Below are positions 43,829 through 53,407 of a stretch of 64,000 nt of DNA, in pieces. Both the position numbers and the translations under genes were made by a program. Under the pieces are notes generated by a model that saw only the letters and a list, made by a program, of their open reading frames with translations, had not been told where the DNA came from and ran no database searches. The stretch lies in NCBI GenBank assembly GCA_001781125.1, contig MFKT01000021.1, positions 5,178 through 69,177 of the forward strand, in the 5' to 3' direction. This DNA comes from Candidatus Kaiserbacteria bacterium RIFCSPHIGHO2_01_FULL_53_29 (GTDB lineage: Bacteria; Patescibacteriota; Minisyncoccia; Phycocordibacterales; UBA2100). Numbering within the stretch: the first letter of the stretch is position 1; each line of letters starts with the position of its first letter.

Positions 43829-44865
43829 CTAAGAAACTCAATTACAAAAAATCCGGAGTCGATATAGATACTGCCAATGAGACTAAGCGAGAGATGACCG
43901 AAGTGCTAGAAACAAGCGAAGCGCGCGTTTTGAATAAAATCGGAGCATTCGCATCGCTCTTCGACGGCTCGTTCCCTGAATACAAACATCCGGTCCTCGT
44001 GCTCAAAACGGAAGAGCCTGGCACGAAGCAAAAGCTCGCGTTCAAAGAGGGAAGTATCAAGACGATCGCGCAGGATCTCATCGCACACCTCATCAACGAT
44101 TGCATAGTGATGGGTGCCAAGCCGCTTTCCGTGCAGGATTGCATTATTTGCGGCAAGATCGAAAAAGATGTCGTTCTAAAGATCGTTTCGTCTATCGTCG
44201 CCGCATGCAAAGAAAATGGCGCGGTCCTCACGGGCGGAGAGACTTCGGAACAGCCGGGCGCGCTTGCCGTAGGTGAATACCTCTTGACGGCGAGCATCGT
44301 CGGCATTGTCGAGAAAGAAAACATCGTTGACGGCTCGAAGATACAAGTCGGCGATGTTGTCCTTGCTTTGACGTCAAGCGGGGTACACACCAACGGGTTC
44401 TCGCTCGTCCGAAAAATAATGGAAGCATCGCCGGAAATTGGCGATGAACAGGTAGCGGGGGAGCCGTTCATCAAAGCTATCCTTACGCCGCATCGCTGCT
44501 ACTACAATTGCTTGCGCGACTTGTTCGGAAAGAAAGAGCTGGTCGGTCTCGCGCACGTCACCGGAGGGGGAATACAGGAAAACCTCAATAGAATATTGCC
44601 GGAAGGCTTGAATGCACAAATTGACCTGAGCGCGATACGAGTCTTGCCCATATTTAAAATACTCAAGAAGTTTGGCGGACTCGAGGATGCCGACATGCTG
44701 CGTACGTTTAACATGGGTGTCGGCATAACGGCCGTTGTACGAAAAGAATTTGTCGAGGAAGCGATCGCACACCTCAAACAATACGAAGTCGTAGCCTACG
44801 AAATAGGCGTTATCGCAGAGGGCAATAAGAATGTCGAGCTTATCGGAGAATTGCAATGGGAATGA
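43825..44865 (+). CDS. purM: AIR synthetase
   Basis: Y..SGVD, GTK, GGET.E.PG, SSGVHTNGFSL, HVTGGG, RTFNMGVG. Confidence 0.95.
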   Translation: MTKKLNYKKSGVDIDTANETKREMTEVLETSEARVLNKIGAFASLFDGSFPEYKHPVLVLKTEEPGTKQKLAFKEGSIKTIAQDLIAHLINDCIVMGAKPLSVQDCIICGKIEKDVVLKIVSSIVAACKENGAVLTGGETSEQPGALAVGEYLLTASIVGIVEKENIVDGSKIQVGDVVLALTSSGVHTNGFSLVRKIMEASPEIGDEQVAGEPFIKAILTPHRCYYNCLRDLFGKKELVGLAHVTGGGIQENLNRILPEGLNAQIDLSAIRVLPIFKILKKFGGLEDADMLRTFNMGVGITAVVRKEFVEEAIAHLKQYEVVAYEIGVIAEGNKNVELIGELQWE

Positions 44866-44902
44866 GCTATTCTAGTATTTTGCAAAAAACTGCAATAGAA
44901 AT

Positions 44903-45838
44903 ATGACCCAAGTCCTCAAAGAAACAAATTTTGATTTTCTCGGAAAAAAGAAGGTAGGCAAAGTGCGCGATATCTATGATGCCGGCGACAAACTCATTCT
45001 CGTAACGACCGACCGGCACTCTTCCTTCGACCGTATCATCGCGCATATCCCGTGGAAGGGGCAGGTGCTGAATCAGGTGAGTGCGTGGTGGTTTGAACAG
45101 ACAAAGGATATTGTTCCCAATCACGTGCTTGCGATACCGGATCCCAACGTCACCGTTGGTAAAAAAATGAAAATGGTTCCCGTCGAAGCTGTCGTGCGCG
45201 GTTATTTGACCGGAGTCACCGACACCGCGATCTGGACGCGCTATTCGGGCGGTATGCGGGAATTCGGCGATCTGAAGTTACCTGATGGCTTGAAGAAGAA
45301 TACGAAATTGCCGCAACCGATCTTTGATCCAACGACCAAAGAAGATACCCACGACCGCGCTATCTCAACCGAGCAGATGGTGCAAGAGGGTCTCATAACC
45401 GCCGAATTGCTCGCGCAGGTGAAAGATACGGCGATGAAACTTTTCCTGCGCGGGCAGGTGCTTGCGGCCAAAAGCGGGCTCATCCTCGTTGATACCAAGT
45501 ACGAGTTCGGCACCGATATGGAAGGAAACCTTGTTCTTATTGACGAAATTCACACGCCAGATTCTTCGCGCTATTGGCAGATCGAAGGATATGAAGAAAG
45601 CCTCATCAACGGTGGCGAGCCCAAGAGTTTCGACAAAGAATTTTTGCGCCTGTGGTTCAAGGAGCACTGCGATCCGTATAAAGATGCGTTGCTCCCAGAA
45701 GCACCCACCGAGCTTGTGGAAGAGCTCTCGCGACGGTACATTCAGATGTATGAACAGATTACGGGCCAGAAGTTCATACCCGGCGAATCTCCCGTCATCC
45801 CTCGTATTGAGCGTAATCTAAAAAACTATGCCGCTTGA
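44903..45838 (+). CDS. purC: SAICAR synthetase
   Basis: GKVRDIY, TDR.S.FD, VRGYLTG, PTTK, LVDTKYEFG, DEIHTPDSSRYW. Confidence 0.96.
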   Translation: MTQVLKETNFDFLGKKKVGKVRDIYDAGDKLILVTTDRHSSFDRIIAHIPWKGQVLNQVSAWWFEQTKDIVPNHVLAIPDPNVTVGKKMKMVPVEAVVRGYLTGVTDTAIWTRYSGGMREFGDLKLPDGLKKNTKLPQPIFDPTTKEDTHDRAISTEQMVQEGLITAELLAQVKDTAMKLFLRGQVLAAKSGLILVDTKYEFGTDMEGNLVLIDEIHTPDSSRYWQIEGYEESLINGGEPKSFDKEFLRLWFKEHCDPYKDALLPEAPTELVEELSRRYIQMYEQITGQKFIPGESPVIPRIERNLKNYAA

Positions 45839-47249
45839 ACCACTTATCGCAGTCAGTTCGGTCGACGGACGCTACCGCACCTATGCGGATATGCTGTACA
45901 CGTCGATCAGCGAATTTGCCCTCATCCGGAATCGTGTGCGCGTGGAATGTGAATATTTGATAACGCTTTCGGAAACAAAAAGTATCGGAATCCGCGCCTT
46001 GAACCCGGAAGAAAAGAAAATGCTCCAGAAGATTGTGGCCGATTTTTCTCTCGACGATGCGCATATCGTCAAAAAGATAGAGCAGGATGGATTCGAGAGT
46101 ATTCCCGCCACGAATCACGACATGAAAGCTGTTGAGTACTTTATCAAGGGAAAACTGGCGAAAACCTCTCTTGCCGATGTTTCCGAGTGGATTCATTTCG
46201 GACTCACATCAGAAGACGTCGACAACATTGCCTACGCCCTCATGATCCGCTCGGCTCTTGACGAGGCGATTTTGCCCGCTCTCGATATCGTAGAGAAGTC
46301 GCTCGAAGGACTTGCCCGTGAGCATGCAGGAAGTGCCATGCTTGCGCGCACCCACGGCCAGCCCGCCTCGCCGACGACGTTCGGGAAGGAAATGCGAGTA
46401 TTTGAGGCGAGACTTTCGCGGCAACTCCAGCAGCTCAAGGAACGGTCTCTGTTGGTGAAGTTGGGTGGCGCGACAGGGAATTACAATGCGCATGCGGTGG
46501 CCGCGCCCGACGTGGATTGGCAGAAGTTCGCCCAAACGTTCGTTGCCTCGTTCAACCCTACTTCGCACGAGGCTTCGAAGGGCACAGCAATAAATCTTGA
46601 GCTCAACGGCGTAACGACACAGATAGAACCGCACGATACTTACGCGGAACTCTTCGACAACATGCGGCGCATCAATACGATACTCATCGGATTTTCGCAG
46701 GATATGTGGCGCTACATCAGCGATGGTTGGATCATACAGACTCCTAAGCTCGGCGAGGTTGGTTCCTCAACGATGCCGCACAAAGTGAATCCAATAGATT
46801 TCGAGAATGCGGAAGGGAACTTGGGTGTGGCAAACGCGCTCTTCGAGCATTTCTCGCGCAAACTGCCTATCTCGCGCCTACAACGGGATCTTTCGGATTC
46901 GACCGTGAAGCGCACATTCGGCCTCGCATTCGCGCACTCATACATCGGATATCGTGTGCTTGCGAAGGGCTTGGCGAAAGTCAGCGTGAATACCGAAGCC
47001 ATGCTTAAAGAGCTCCAAACCCACCCGGAAGTGCTCGCGGAAGCCATCCAAACGATGCTTCGCCGCGAAGGCGTCGAGGTACCCTATGAAAAACTCAAAG
47101 ACCTCACGCGCGGTCGGCAGGTAACGCTCGACGACTTCACGAAGTTCATTGACGCTCTCTCCGTAAGCGACGAAGCAAAAAAACGTCTCAAAGCGCTGCG
47201 ACCCGAAAATTACATCGGACTTGCCGAAAAGATCGCCAAGGGCCAATAA
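45828..47249 (+). CDS. purB: Adenylosuccinate lyase
   Basis: DGRY, TNHDMKAVEY, HFGLTSED, RTHGQPA, GSSTMPHKVNP, SRLQRDL. Confidence 0.96.
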   Translation: MPLEPLIAVSSVDGRYRTYADMLYTSISEFALIRNRVRVECEYLITLSETKSIGIRALNPEEKKMLQKIVADFSLDDAHIVKKIEQDGFESIPATNHDMKAVEYFIKGKLAKTSLADVSEWIHFGLTSEDVDNIAYALMIRSALDEAILPALDIVEKSLEGLAREHAGSAMLARTHGQPASPTTFGKEMRVFEARLSRQLQQLKERSLLVKLGGATGNYNAHAVAAPDVDWQKFAQTFVASFNPTSHEASKGTAINLELNGVTTQIEPHDTYAELFDNMRRINTILIGFSQDMWRYISDGWIIQTPKLGEVGSSTMPHKVNPIDFENAEGNLGVANALFEHFSRKLPISRLQRDLSDSTVKRTFGLAFAHSYIGYRVLAKGLAKVSVNTEAMLKELQTHPEVLAEAIQTMLRREGVEVPYEKLKDLTRGRQVTLDDFTKFIDALSVSDEAKKRLKALRPENYIGLAEKIAKGQ

Positions 47250-47288
47250 GAAAGAGGCCCGCAGTGCTTCATCTGGTTGAGTAGTCTC

Positions 47289-47681
47289 CTAGCCTGTAGC
47301 TCGCTCCTGGTTTTTATCTTCAGAACCCTCGTACGCTAGTGCAACGAGATACATATACCGGCGAGGATACCTGCTCGGCAAGTCGAGGAAGTCTTCTAGA
47401 AGCGCAGATAACTTCTCTTTATCTTTGGGTATTCGGAATTCGACCCCTTTTGCCACCGCGGGGTCATTTTCGTATTTGGAAATAAGACCGCTTGCAATCT
47501 CGTCTGGAGACAATCTCTCAGTTTTTTCTACCGCAACTGGTCCTCCTATTGAAATTGCGTTGTCGACTGCATCAAGGTTGTCAAGGATTCCCTCGGCATT
47601 CAGATCCGCTATCTCCCCAGGAAGGCGTTTTCCCAACTTGGGAAACCTCAGAACGTCCCCTGTTCCTCCTTCTCGGCTCAT
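47289..47681 (-). CDS. Hypothetical protein
   Basis: 130-aa ORF with TATACT 6 nt before the ATG. Confidence 0.5.
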   Translation of the reverse strand: MSREGGTGDVLRFPKLGKRLPGEIADLNAEGILDNLDAVDNAISIGGPVAVEKTERLSPDEIASGLISKYENDPAVAKGVEFRIPKDKEKLSALLEDFLDLPSRYPRRYMYLVALAYEGSEDKNQERATG

Positions 47682-47695
47682 ACTGCAAGTATACG

Positions 47696-47758
47696 CTATT
47701 GTTTGAGTCCCAATCCTGTGCGAATAAGGTACCAGTTGACTGCTGTGAGAACCGCTAT
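47696..47758 (-). pseudogene. Orphan duplicate of the last 20 codons plus stop of the ABC permease
   Basis: Reads IAVLTAVNWYLIRTGLGLKQ* versus IAALVAINWYLIRTGLGLKQ* at 48728-48790. Confidence 0.85.
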
Positions 47759-47955
47759 TCCACCCTCTCTTTCAAGCACGCTCTCCTCCATAAGGGAAGT
47801 CTAGCAAAATTCTGCTGTTGCAGCACTATCGTACGACCCACTTTTCTTAGATGAACACTTGGTGAAGGGGCCCGGTGATCGGTGTAAGCGTCCAAGAGGC
47901 GGATCGTCTTCATGATGCACAGGTTGTGCGCATTATAAACCAATAAAAAACACGT

Positions 47956-48660
47956 ATGATCAGCTTTATCAAACGTCAGAGTGCACGTATTGGAGCTACT
48001 GTTACATTGCTCTTTGCCGTTCTCGTTCTCGGCGTGCAGCATGCCCATGCGCAATATCAGTACGGCGCTACCCAACCGGCGAGTGGCGTTATTACCTCAA
48101 CTATGGATCCGGGTGACTCTGGAGGGAACGTGACCGCGCTCCAGATATTTCTCGCCAAGGACCCAGCCATCTATCCGGAAGGATCGGTGACGGGTTTCTA
48201 CGGGGCCCCTACCATGGTTGCTGTGCAGCGCTTCCAATGCAGACATGAAATTATCTGCGAGGGAGATGTTGCTTCGACTGGTTATGGCCGGGTAGGTCCT
48301 GTGACGCTTAGGGTGATTCAATCACTCCAGGGGTCAGTGTCGCTTCCGTTGCCCTTTACGCGTGCTGATGTATTTGCACCCGTCATGAGTACCGCGACAA
48401 TAACAGTGGCCTCAACGTCTGCGACCTTCCACTGGACGACGAATGAACCCGCAATGAGCGCGGTGCTCTATGGAAGTGCGTGGCCCTTCTACATCGGGAC
48501 AGCGCCGAGTGCGTGGGACAGAACAACAATGGATCTCTCTGCCAATGTAGTGGTGACGGGTCTCACGCCCAACACCACGTACCACTATGTCTTGCAATCT
48601 CTCGACGCCTCGGGGAATGTGCAATGGGACGTTGGAAGATCGTTTACCACCTTGCGGTGA
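47956..48660 (+). CDS. Secreted protein with peptidoglycan-binding-like and fibronectin-III-like domains
   Basis: Signal peptide, V..LQ.FL...IYPEG.VTG.YG..T..AV.RFQ, WTTNEPA, GLTPNTTYHY. Confidence 0.82.
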   Translation: MISFIKRQSARIGATVTLLFAVLVLGVQHAHAQYQYGATQPASGVITSTMDPGDSGGNVTALQIFLAKDPAIYPEGSVTGFYGAPTMVAVQRFQCRHEIICEGDVASTGYGRVGPVTLRVIQSLQGSVSLPLPFTRADVFAPVMSTATITVASTSATFHWTTNEPAMSAVLYGSAWPFYIGTAPSAWDRTTMDLSANVVVTGLTPNTTYHYVLQSLDASGNVQWDVGRSFTTLR

Positions 48661-48671
48661 GCGACCGCATC

Positions 48672-48714
48672 ACTCAATGCAAAATCCCGCCTCGAGCGGC
48701 ATTTTGCATTGAGT
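48672..48714. terminator. Stem-loop between convergent genes
   Basis: ACTCAATGCAAAAT..ATTTTGCATTGAGT inverted repeat. Confidence 0.65.
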
Positions 48715-48727
48715 CAACAAACGGTGT

Positions 48728-49510
48728 TCATTGTTTTAATCCTAGACCGGTACGAATAAGGTACCAGTTGATGGCGACGAGAGCTGCGATCATACCTACC
48801 AAGACCGCCAGCGATATCCAGAGAGAGATGTCGGCAATGCCTAAGAAGCCATAGCGGAAGCCGTTGACGAGGTAGAAAATCGGATTCACGAAGGTGGCGT
48901 ATTGTGCGATTTGCGGGAGCGAATGCACAGAATAAAAGACGCCGCCGAGATATACCAGAGGTGTCAAGACAAACGTGGGTACGAGATTGATGCCGTCGAG
49001 GGATTTTGCATACACGCCGTTGACCAAACCTGCGAGGGAGAATACGAGTGCGGTCATAACCGCGAAGAGGAAGATGATCGCGGAGTTGAAAAGCGAGATA
49101 TGGAGGCCGGTAAAAAAGATGGAAATGAGAAGCACGAGCGTACCAACCAATACGCCGCGCACGATGCCTCCCGATATGAATCCGGCGATGAGCAGCCACG
49201 GCGGAGTGGGCGAGACGAGTATCTCGTCGATGCCGCGGAAGAAGAATTTGGATTGGAAGAAGGTGAATGAGGTGTTGGAATAGGCGTTGGTCACGATAGC
49301 GAGCATCACGAGCCCTGGTACCACGAACGACATGTAGTCGACCCCCTGCATATCACCGATGCGCGAGCCGAGCACGGTGCCGAAAATAAGGAAATAGAGG
49401 CATGAGGTGATGACGCTCGGCAGGAAGGTCTGCACCCAAATGCGGAACATGCGCACCACATCCTTGCGGAGCATGGTGTAAAAAGAGATCCATTTCTGAT
49501 ACGAGTTCAT
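48728..49510 (-). CDS. ABC-2 type permease (YadH-like)
   Basis: R.W.QT..P.VIT..LYF.IFG, Y..F.VPGL.M, LGGVFYS, NPIFY.VN.FRYGFLG. Confidence 0.92.
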   Translation of the reverse strand: MNSYQKWISFYTMLRKDVVRMFRIWVQTFLPSVITSCLYFLIFGTVLGSRIGDMQGVDYMSFVVPGLVMLAIVTNAYSNTSFTFFQSKFFFRGIDEILVSPTPPWLLIAGFISGGIVRGVLVGTLVLLISIFFTGLHISLFNSAIIFLFAVMTALVFSLAGLVNGVYAKSLDGINLVPTFVLTPLVYLGGVFYSVHSLPQIAQYATFVNPIFYLVNGFRYGFLGIADISLWISLAVLVGMIAALVAINWYLIRTGLGLKQ

Positions 49511-49514
49511 ACGA

Positions 49515-50279
49515 TTACTTTTCGCTCGTGAGCTTGAGGAACACCTCCTCGAGCCGACCGCCGCGATACCCGTCTTTGGAAGGGGAGCCATCGTGATGCT
49601 TCGCGATGACCTCTTCCATGGTGCCGCTCGCCACGATCTCACCCTTGTTGATGATCGCGACATGCTTGCAGAGCTGCTCGGCCTCTTCGAGGTAGTGGGT
49701 CGTGAGTAAGATTGTGAGGCCGGAAGCGCTCAAGCCCGTAAGGTAATCCCACATGCCGCGCCGCAATTCCACGTCGACGCCCGCGGTCGGCTCGTCGAGG
49801 ATGAGGAATTTTGGTTCATTGACGAGCGCGCGCGCTATCATGAGGCGGCGCTTCATGCCGCCCGAAAGCGTCATGGCGTTTTGTTCCATTTTCTCTCCGA
49901 GGCCGAGATCAGTGAGAAGCTTTTTGGCACGGGGGATGGCCACGGAGCGGGGGATGCCATAGTAGCCGGCCTGATTCACGATGATGTTGAGGGTCTTCTC
50001 GAACGGGTTGAAGTTGACCTCCTGACCGACGAGGCCGATCTGCATTTTTGCCAGCTCTGTCTCTTTGTCTATATCATGCCCGAATACCGAGACTGTTCCG
50101 CTCGTTTTATTGACCAGTCCCGTCGTAATGCCGATGATGGTCGTTTTCCCCGCGCCATTGGGTCCCAAGAGCGCAAAAAAATCACCCTGCGGTATTTCGA
50201 GCGATACACCCTTCAGGGCCACCGTACCCGTCGCGTAGGTTTTCTTGAGGTCATGGATAGAGAGTGCGGGAGCTGGCAT
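49515..50279 (-). CDS. ABC transporter ATP-binding protein (YadG-like)
   Basis: GPNGAGKTT, LSGGMKRR, ILDEPTAGVD, TTHYLEEAE. Confidence 0.94.
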   Translation of the reverse strand: MPAPALSIHDLKKTYATGTVALKGVSLEIPQGDFFALLGPNGAGKTTIIGITTGLVNKTSGTVSVFGHDIDKETELAKMQIGLVGQEVNFNPFEKTLNIIVNQAGYYGIPRSVAIPRAKKLLTDLGLGEKMEQNAMTLSGGMKRRLMIARALVNEPKFLILDEPTAGVDVELRRGMWDYLTGLSASGLTILLTTHYLEEAEQLCKHVAIINKGEIVASGTMEEVIAKHHDGSPSKDGYRGGRLEEVFLKLTSEK

Positions 50280-50281
50280 GG

Positions 50282-51007
50282 TTAGGATCTTAACAGATGT
50301 TCAAGGTAGAGGTATGTCTCTTTGTAATTTTTCACTGCCTTGACGGGAAGGATACCGATAACCGTTTCATCGTTGCCGCCGGGGAAAAGTGCATCGCCAA
50401 TGTAAATACAATCTTCCTTTTTCCAATCCATAGCTTCGATGAAAGCGGGAACGTTATAGCCTTTATTTTTACCAAGTTCGATAAGGTCGAGATTGGTAGT
50501 ACCCGCGATACGGATCTCCATATTCGCCGCTTTTAGCGTCTCCACTTCTTGCACAAGATCGCTGAGTAACTTACGCCGTTTCGCTTGATCGGGATCGAAC
50601 GCGTCCTTTTTTACTTGATTTTCGTGATGACCGATAAGCGAGAATGCGATCTGGGAACCCCGATCTTCCACGATGTCGTTTTCATCTCGTATTGTGTAGT
50701 TGAGATGTTTCTGCGCTTTCTCGATGAAGGTGCGTGCCGCATCTTTTTGCGCTTGCGAGAGTGGGCGCTTCCAGAGCACTCGTCCGTCCTTGGTCTGCGC
50801 AACGTTGCCATTTTGTCCCAATATATGATAAAGGCCTTCAAGCGCCAGCGTTAGATGCTTGCGAATATCGTTTTCGCCATGGCCGGAAACAACAGTGATG
50901 TCTGCTCGTTCGCCAAGCTTCTTCAAGACCGGTACATGCGCGGCCTCGATTAGGGCCTTGCTCGGCGTAAGGGTATTATCGAGGTCAAAGAAAAAATGTT
51001 TTGGCAT
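50282..51007 (-). CDS. HAD-IIB hydrolase, phosphomannomutase-like
   Basis: FDLDNTL, VEDRGSQ, GDALFPGGND. Confidence 0.85.
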   Translation of the reverse strand: MPKHFFFDLDNTLTPSKALIEAAHVPVLKKLGERADITVVSGHGENDIRKHLTLALEGLYHILGQNGNVAQTKDGRVLWKRPLSQAQKDAARTFIEKAQKHLNYTIRDENDIVEDRGSQIAFSLIGHHENQVKKDAFDPDQAKRRKLLSDLVQEVETLKAANMEIRIAGTTNLDLIELGKNKGYNVPAFIEAMDWKKEDCIYIGDALFPGGNDETVIGILPVKAVKNYKETYLYLEHLLRS

Positions 51008-51010
51008 TGT

Positions 51011-51553
51011 TTATAGGTTTTTGAGCGGCAAGCCACCGATGTAATCTGTCTTACCGAGGGCAACACCACTCTTGCGGAGTATCGAATAAGCGGTCACGAC
51101 GTGAAAGTAGAAGTTTGGCAGAAGATATTCGGTCGTGTATTCGAAGCCGGTGATGTACTTACCCGTGAAGTAGGGATAGGGGAGTGAAACTTTTCGCTCT
51201 TCCTGTCCGATAATTTGTTCGGGCTGTATCGTCTTGAGAAAATCCAGCGTTTTTTTGATGCGCTGCTGCAATTCGGCAATGGTTTTTTCTACATCTTCGT
51301 ATTTTGGGGGCTCGACTCCCGCCAAGCGCGCGGCCCCGCCTTTTGCATTGTCCGAGGCGATCTGGATCTGGCGGACCAGAGGGAATTGATCGAAGATGAG
51401 GCGGCTCTGTAGAAGCGCGTCCTCGAAGTACGAAGCGGGGCGTCGTTCGGTCGCATATGTAGCAGCGTGCACGGTGGCTTTATCGAGAATTTTGTCGAGC
51501 GCCGCGAGCGCTTTCATCATCGGCGGGATAGCAATCGTGTAGAGATCTGTCAT
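51011..51553 (-). CDS. DUF1993 family protein
   Basis: RL..D.FPL..QIQIASD.AK...ARL.G, LPNFYFH..TAY.ILR..GV.LGK.DY. Confidence 0.88.
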   Translation of the reverse strand: MTDLYTIAIPPMMKALAALDKILDKATVHAATYATERRPASYFEDALLQSRLIFDQFPLVRQIQIASDNAKGGAARLAGVEPPKYEDVEKTIAELQQRIKKTLDFLKTIQPEQIIGQEERKVSLPYPYFTGKYITGFEYTTEYLLPNFYFHVVTAYSILRKSGVALGKTDYIGGLPLKNL

Positions 51554-51560
51554 GCGTTCT

Positions 51561-52142
51561 TTATATCTTATCACTCCGCTTTTCCCAATATGTTGCCGAT
51601 GCATTCACATAATCCGCGACTCTACGCTCCGCGGCGGCAGCGAGGCGCGTTACTAGCGTCACGCGTTCGGCTTCGCGGGAACCATTTTTGAACCATCGCT
51701 CCAGCTCGTCGATCTGTGCAGGATTTGAGAGTACCAAGCGCCTGCCTTTTGCTGCCGCGCGCAAAAGTGTGGGGCCCCCGATGTCTGTTTGTTCGATGAT
51801 ATCCTCGGGCGTTGAGGCAGGATCCGCAATCGTTTTTTCAAGGGGGTAGAGCGTCACATACACGAGCCCGATAGGCCGAATGCCGAGTCGGTCGAGTTCT
51901 TCGGAGTCTTCAGGCTTGGCGAGCAATGCCGCGTAGATCTTGCGCGCAAGTGTGACGACGCGGTGCCCAAGAATGGGCGGGCCGACCGTCTCGGCAATGT
52001 CGCGGCAGCTAAACCCGTTATCTCCGAGGAATTTGGTCGTTCCCGCCGACCCCCACAGAGACCAGTCATAGGTCGTAAGGACGCGCGCAAGGCGAAGCAG
52101 CGACTCGTCTTTTTCGTATGATGTGAGGAGTGCACGCTTCAT
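51561..52142 (-). CDS. Stand-alone IMP cyclohydrolase (PurH N-terminal/MGS-like domain)
   Basis: RALL.SY.K, S.GT.K.L, RV.TL..KIY..LLA, LYP, IEQ.DIGGPT.LRAAAK; ends before any transformylase domain. Confidence 0.8.
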   Translation of the reverse strand: MKRALLTSYEKDESLLRLARVLTTYDWSLWGSAGTTKFLGDNGFSCRDIAETVGPPILGHRVVTLARKIYAALLAKPEDSEELDRLGIRPIGLVYVTLYPLEKTIADPASTPEDIIEQTDIGGPTLLRAAAKGRRLVLSNPAQIDELERWFKNGSREAERVTLVTRLAAAAERRVADYVNASATYWEKRSDKI

Positions 52143-52243
52143 CCCGCTCTTTCTACGCCAATAATTGTTCCAGAGTGATTGATATAAGAAAGGGCGGGAT
52201 TCATGGGCGACATTGTAGCATAGGGAGGTGTGCCTGATATGAA

Positions 52244-53407
52244 TTAAATCCTGCGGGCCGAGAAATCCACCGCGATCTCATTGAGCACGTTTTTCGAGTT
52301 GGCTTCCTGCCCGATGATGCCACGGCCCGCGACCCCGGGGAGTGAGATCGACACGCTTGTGCCGCGCCCCACGGCGCTTCGCACGGTGATCTTGCCGTGA
52401 TGCATTTTCACCAGCTCGCTCACGATAGCAAGGCCGAGGCCCGAGCCACCTGCGCTTCTTGTGCGCGAAGGATCGCCGCGGTAAAAGGGCTCGAAGATGC
52501 GGTAGAGATCTTTGCGCGGGATCCCCGTTCCTGAATCTTGCACGATGAGCTCGACGTAGTTATTTGCCACTGGTTCCACACTGATGCGGATGTGTCCGTT
52601 GCGTGGCGTGTAGCTGATAGCGTTCTTCAAAAGATTACCCACGATCTGCGTCAGAGCAGTCGCGTTACCCCAGACGGTAACGTCGAGACCCTTCCTCACG
52701 GTGATCTGATGTTCACCGATCTTGGCAAGTTGCGAGAATTTCTGTACCGTATCGGTCACTACCGCCGAAAGGTCAACCGCGCTGAATTCAACGCGCTCCG
52801 GCCGCACCAGCGCCGAGAGGGAGACCAGGTTGTTGATGATCTCGGAGATGCGGTCAAGCTCTTCCACATTGCTCTCGAGTGTTGTCTTTAGCCCCGCGTC
52901 GACGTGAGTATCCAAGAGTGCGACCTCGGTATTCGTCTTGAGGATCGACAGTGGCGTGCGCAATTCGTGGGCGATGTTGCCGATGAATTGTTTTTGCGAA
53001 GCGAGCGCATTGCGCGTCGGGGCGAGCGTGATGCGTGCGATGATATAGCTGAAGAGAATGGTCGTGAGCGTGATGATGGCGACAATACCCCCGAGATTCC
53101 GCGTTTTGATATTCTGAAGTTCTCCCACGATCAAAGGGGCGGCCGCTTGGGGGTTTGAGGAAGCGGCGGCCTGTATGCCCTCTACGATCGCCGCAGAGAT
53201 GTTGTGGTAGAGCAGGCTAAAGGACGCCCCCACGATGCCGAGGATGACGAGGGCAAAGGCGATCTGCAGCGAGATGACATTGACTTCCGTGCGGAAGAAT
53301 GGATCGCGGCGGTATTTATTCAGCCAGCCGGTACCCAATTCCCCGAACCGTCTCAAGTACGCTACCATTCTCACCGTCACCAATTTTTCTTCGAAGATTT
53401 TTGACAT
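52244..53407 (-). CDS. Sensor histidine kinase; start uncertain
   Basis: Two TM segments, AHELRTPL, NLLKNAI.Y, DSGTGI, IFEPFYR, GSGLGLAIV. Confidence 0.92.
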   Translation of the reverse strand: MSKIFEEKLVTVRMVAYLRRFGELGTGWLNKYRRDPFFRTEVNVISLQIAFALVILGIVGASFSLLYHNISAAIVEGIQAAASSNPQAAAPLIVGELQNIKTRNLGGIVAIITLTTILFSYIIARITLAPTRNALASQKQFIGNIAHELRTPLSILKTNTEVALLDTHVDAGLKTTLESNVEELDRISEIINNLVSLSALVRPERVEFSAVDLSAVVTDTVQKFSQLAKIGEHQITVRKGLDVTVWGNATALTQIVGNLLKNAISYTPRNGHIRISVEPVANNYVELIVQDSGTGIPRKDLYRIFEPFYRGDPSRTRSAGGSGLGLAIVSELVKMHHGKITVRSAVGRGTSVSISLPGVAGRGIIGQEANSKNVLNEIAVDFSARRI

